Source of the DNA: Myxococcales bacterium
GTDB lineage: Bacteria; Myxococcota_A; Polyangia; Polyangiales; Polyangiaceae
Assembly (NCBI GenBank): GCA_043747615.1
Contig: JAYTOU010000003.1
Location: 160,001 to 224,000 of the forward strand
Direction: 5' to 3'
DNA length: 64,000 nucleotides
In this document: positions 62,349 to 64,000 of the stretch, one piece after another
Position numbering within the stretch: position 1 is the stretch's first letter
Layout of the letters: the number at the start of each line of letters is the position of its first letter
Position numbers and translations under genes: made by a program
The notes under the pieces: model-generated
What the model was told of the DNA's origin: nothing
Databases searched by the model: none
The model's input: only the letters and a program-made list of their open reading frames with translations

Positions 62349-64000
62349 ATGCCCTCCCCGCCCTGGTCCACGCCGCGCGGCATCGAGCCCGTCCTCTGCC
62401 GTTGGCTGGAGAGTCGTTACGTCAAACCATGCCTCACAGCCGACGAGCTCCTCGCGGGATCTGACGCTTCGTACGCCGACTTGCCGGCGTCGCTCTCCCC
62501 CGGTCTTGCGAACGCGCTCCGCGGCCGTGGCATCGAGAAGCTGTACTCGCACCAGGCACGCGCATTCGAGGTCTGCGCGGCAACGGAGCGCGGTGACACG
62601 ACGACGCGCGCGAACCAGGAATCGCGAAAAGGGATGGTCATCGCCACACCAACGGCGAGCGGAAAGAGCCTCTGCTTTCACCTGCCGGTACTGCAAGCCA
62701 TCGCCGATGATCCGGACTCGCGCGCGATCTACCTCTACCCAACGAAGGCCCTCGCCCGCGATCAGGAGTCGGGGCTGCGCGAAATGATGGAAGCTGCGGG
62801 GATGACGGGGCACGGCGGCGCGTTCGCGTCGGCGGTGGTGTACGACGGCGACACGCCTGGAGATGCACGCAGAGCGGCGCGCGAGAAGAGCGGGATCATT
62901 CTCACCAATCCAGACATGCTCCACGCCGGGATCCTGCCGCACCACGCGAACTGGGCGCGGACGTTCCAGCACTTGCGTTACGTGGTGATCGACGAGCTCC
63001 ACACGTACAAGGGCGTCTTCGGGTCGCACGTGGCCAACGTCATCCGGCGCTTGATGCGCGTCGCAGAATTTCACGGCTCGAAGCCCGTTCTCATCGGGGC
63101 CACGGCGACGATCGGAAATCCACGCGAGCACGCCGCGCGCCTCTTCGGGCTGCGGGAGGACGAGATCGAGCTCATCGGAGAGAGCGGCGCACCTCGCGGC
63201 GATCGCCGGGTTTTCATCTTCAACCCACCGGTGGTGAATGCAGAGCTGGGAATCCGCGCAAGCTACGTGAAGCAGGCGGTGATGCTGGCGAGCGACCTCG
63301 TGCGCGCCCACGTCCCGACGATCATCTTCGGACACTCGCGCAACAACGTCGAGGTGATGCTCCGTTACCTGCGCGACAAGGTAGCGCCAGAGGTCGATCC
63401 CTCGCGCATCATGGGGTACCGCGGCGGCTACCTTCCGGAGCGACGACGCGAGATCGAGCGGCAGCTTCGCGCGGGCGAGCTGCTCGCAGTGGTGGCCACC
63501 AATGCCCTCGAGCTGGGGATCGACATCGGCGAGCTCGATGCGGTGATCTGCGCGGGCTACCCCGGCTCGGTGGCGGGGATGTGGCAGCGTTTCGGTCGCG
63601 CAGGGCGGCGCGGATCGCTCAGCATCGGAGTGCTGATCACATCGAGCGCGCCCCTCGACCAGTACCTCGCGCGCGAGCCGGGGTATCTGCTTGGCGCGCC
63701 GATCGAAGAGGCCAGGATCGATCCGAACAACGTCGAGATCTTGATCCAGCATTTGAAGTGCGCGTCCTTCGAGCTGCCGTTCCGCAGGGGCGAAGCGTTC
63801 GGTATGCTCGGCGCCGAAGAAACGGCCGACGCTCTCGGTTTTCTGGTGACCCACCAGGTGCTGCACGAGGAAAAAGGCACATTTCACTGGGCGACGGACG
63901 CCTATCCGGCAAACAACGTCTCCCTACGGAGCGTTGGTTGGGACAACGTCGTCATCATCGACGTCGAGAAAAACAAATCGTTCGCCGAGCTCGATTGGCG
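62349..64000 (+). CDS. DEAD/DEAH-box helicase, DUF1998/MrfA (YprA/Hrq1) family; truncated by window end
   Basis: Manual translation: LYSHQ, TPTASGKS, LYPTKALARDQ, YDGDTP, TNPDMLH, IDELH, ATNALELGIDIG, QRFGRAGRRG. Confidence 0.92.
   Translation, partial: MPSPPWSTPRGIEPVLCRWLESRYVKPCLTADELLAGSDASYADLPASLSPGLANALRGRGIEKLYSHQARAFEVCAATERGDTTTRANQESRKGMVIATPTASGKSLCFHLPVLQAIADDPDSRAIYLYPTKALARDQESGLREMMEAAGMTGHGGAFASAVVYDGDTPGDARRAAREKSGIILTNPDMLHAGILPHHANWARTFQHLRYVVIDELHTYKGVFGSHVANVIRRLMRVAEFHGSKPVLIGATATIGNPREHAARLFGLREDEIELIGESGAPRGDRRVFIFNPPVVNAELGIRASYVKQAVMLASDLVRAHVPTIIFGHSRNNVEVMLRYLRDKVAPEVDPSRIMGYRGGYLPERRREIERQLRAGELLAVVATNALELGIDIGELDAVICAGYPGSVAGMWQRFGRAGRRGSLSIGVLITSSAPLDQYLAREPGYLLGAPIEEARIDPNNVEILIQHLKCASFELPFRRGEAFGMLGAEETADALGFLVTHQVLHEEKGTFHWATDAYPANNVSLRSVGWDNVVIIDVEKNKSFAELDW

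Noticed and set aside
62349..64000. DUF1998 helicase as part of a DISARM/Druantia-type defence system
   Set aside because: Motifs and housekeeping context fit the MrfA/YprA repair helicase; downstream genes are outside the window, so it cannot be fully excluded

Overview
High-GC bacterial chromosome segment whose gene content points to Myxococcota, most likely a Polyangia/Sorangium-Labilithrix-like lineage. This is inferred from three Ser/Thr kinases, a TPR-PEGA/kinase cassette and many Cys-rich lipoproteins with DGG/DAG linkers. Left (1-28 kb), mostly core genes: large C-terminal-kinase protein, YbiT-type ABC-F, degenerate PAS-GGDEF, GMC oxidoreductase, trpEGDC-[trpF scar]-trpBA, a dinG-eno-DUF362-pilT-pilT-ompA-like run, a TPR protein, an oxidoreductase and glnS. 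Middle (28.2-48.9 kb), an accessory block: secreted Cys-rich lipoproteins, a GT-C glycosyltransferase, a ferritin-like/catalase-like pair, a TPR-PEGA/lipoprotein/knottin-lipoprotein/kinase cassette, Crp and LuxR regulators with LuxR gene debris, and an IS66 remnant. It ends at an integration-site-like region behind tRNA-Asp/tRNA-Val. Right (49-64 kb): kinase, tig-clpP-clpX-lon, two small genes, parAB, folD, two micro-lipoproteins, lgt, lspA and a truncated DUF1998 (MrfA/YprA-type) helicase. Most notable observations: (1) trpF appears deleted down to a 16-codon ORF that still links the trpC stop to the trpB start; (2) the two PilT paralogs have each lost a different His-box histidine, and one carries a duplicated N-terminal domain; (3) a candidate trans-envelope TPR-PEGA/knottin-lipoprotein/kinase signalling module; (4) birth-and-death of a LuxR family; (5) several apparently leaderless genes. 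No CRISPR array or rRNA was seen. All calls were made by eye from motifs; no database searches were run.
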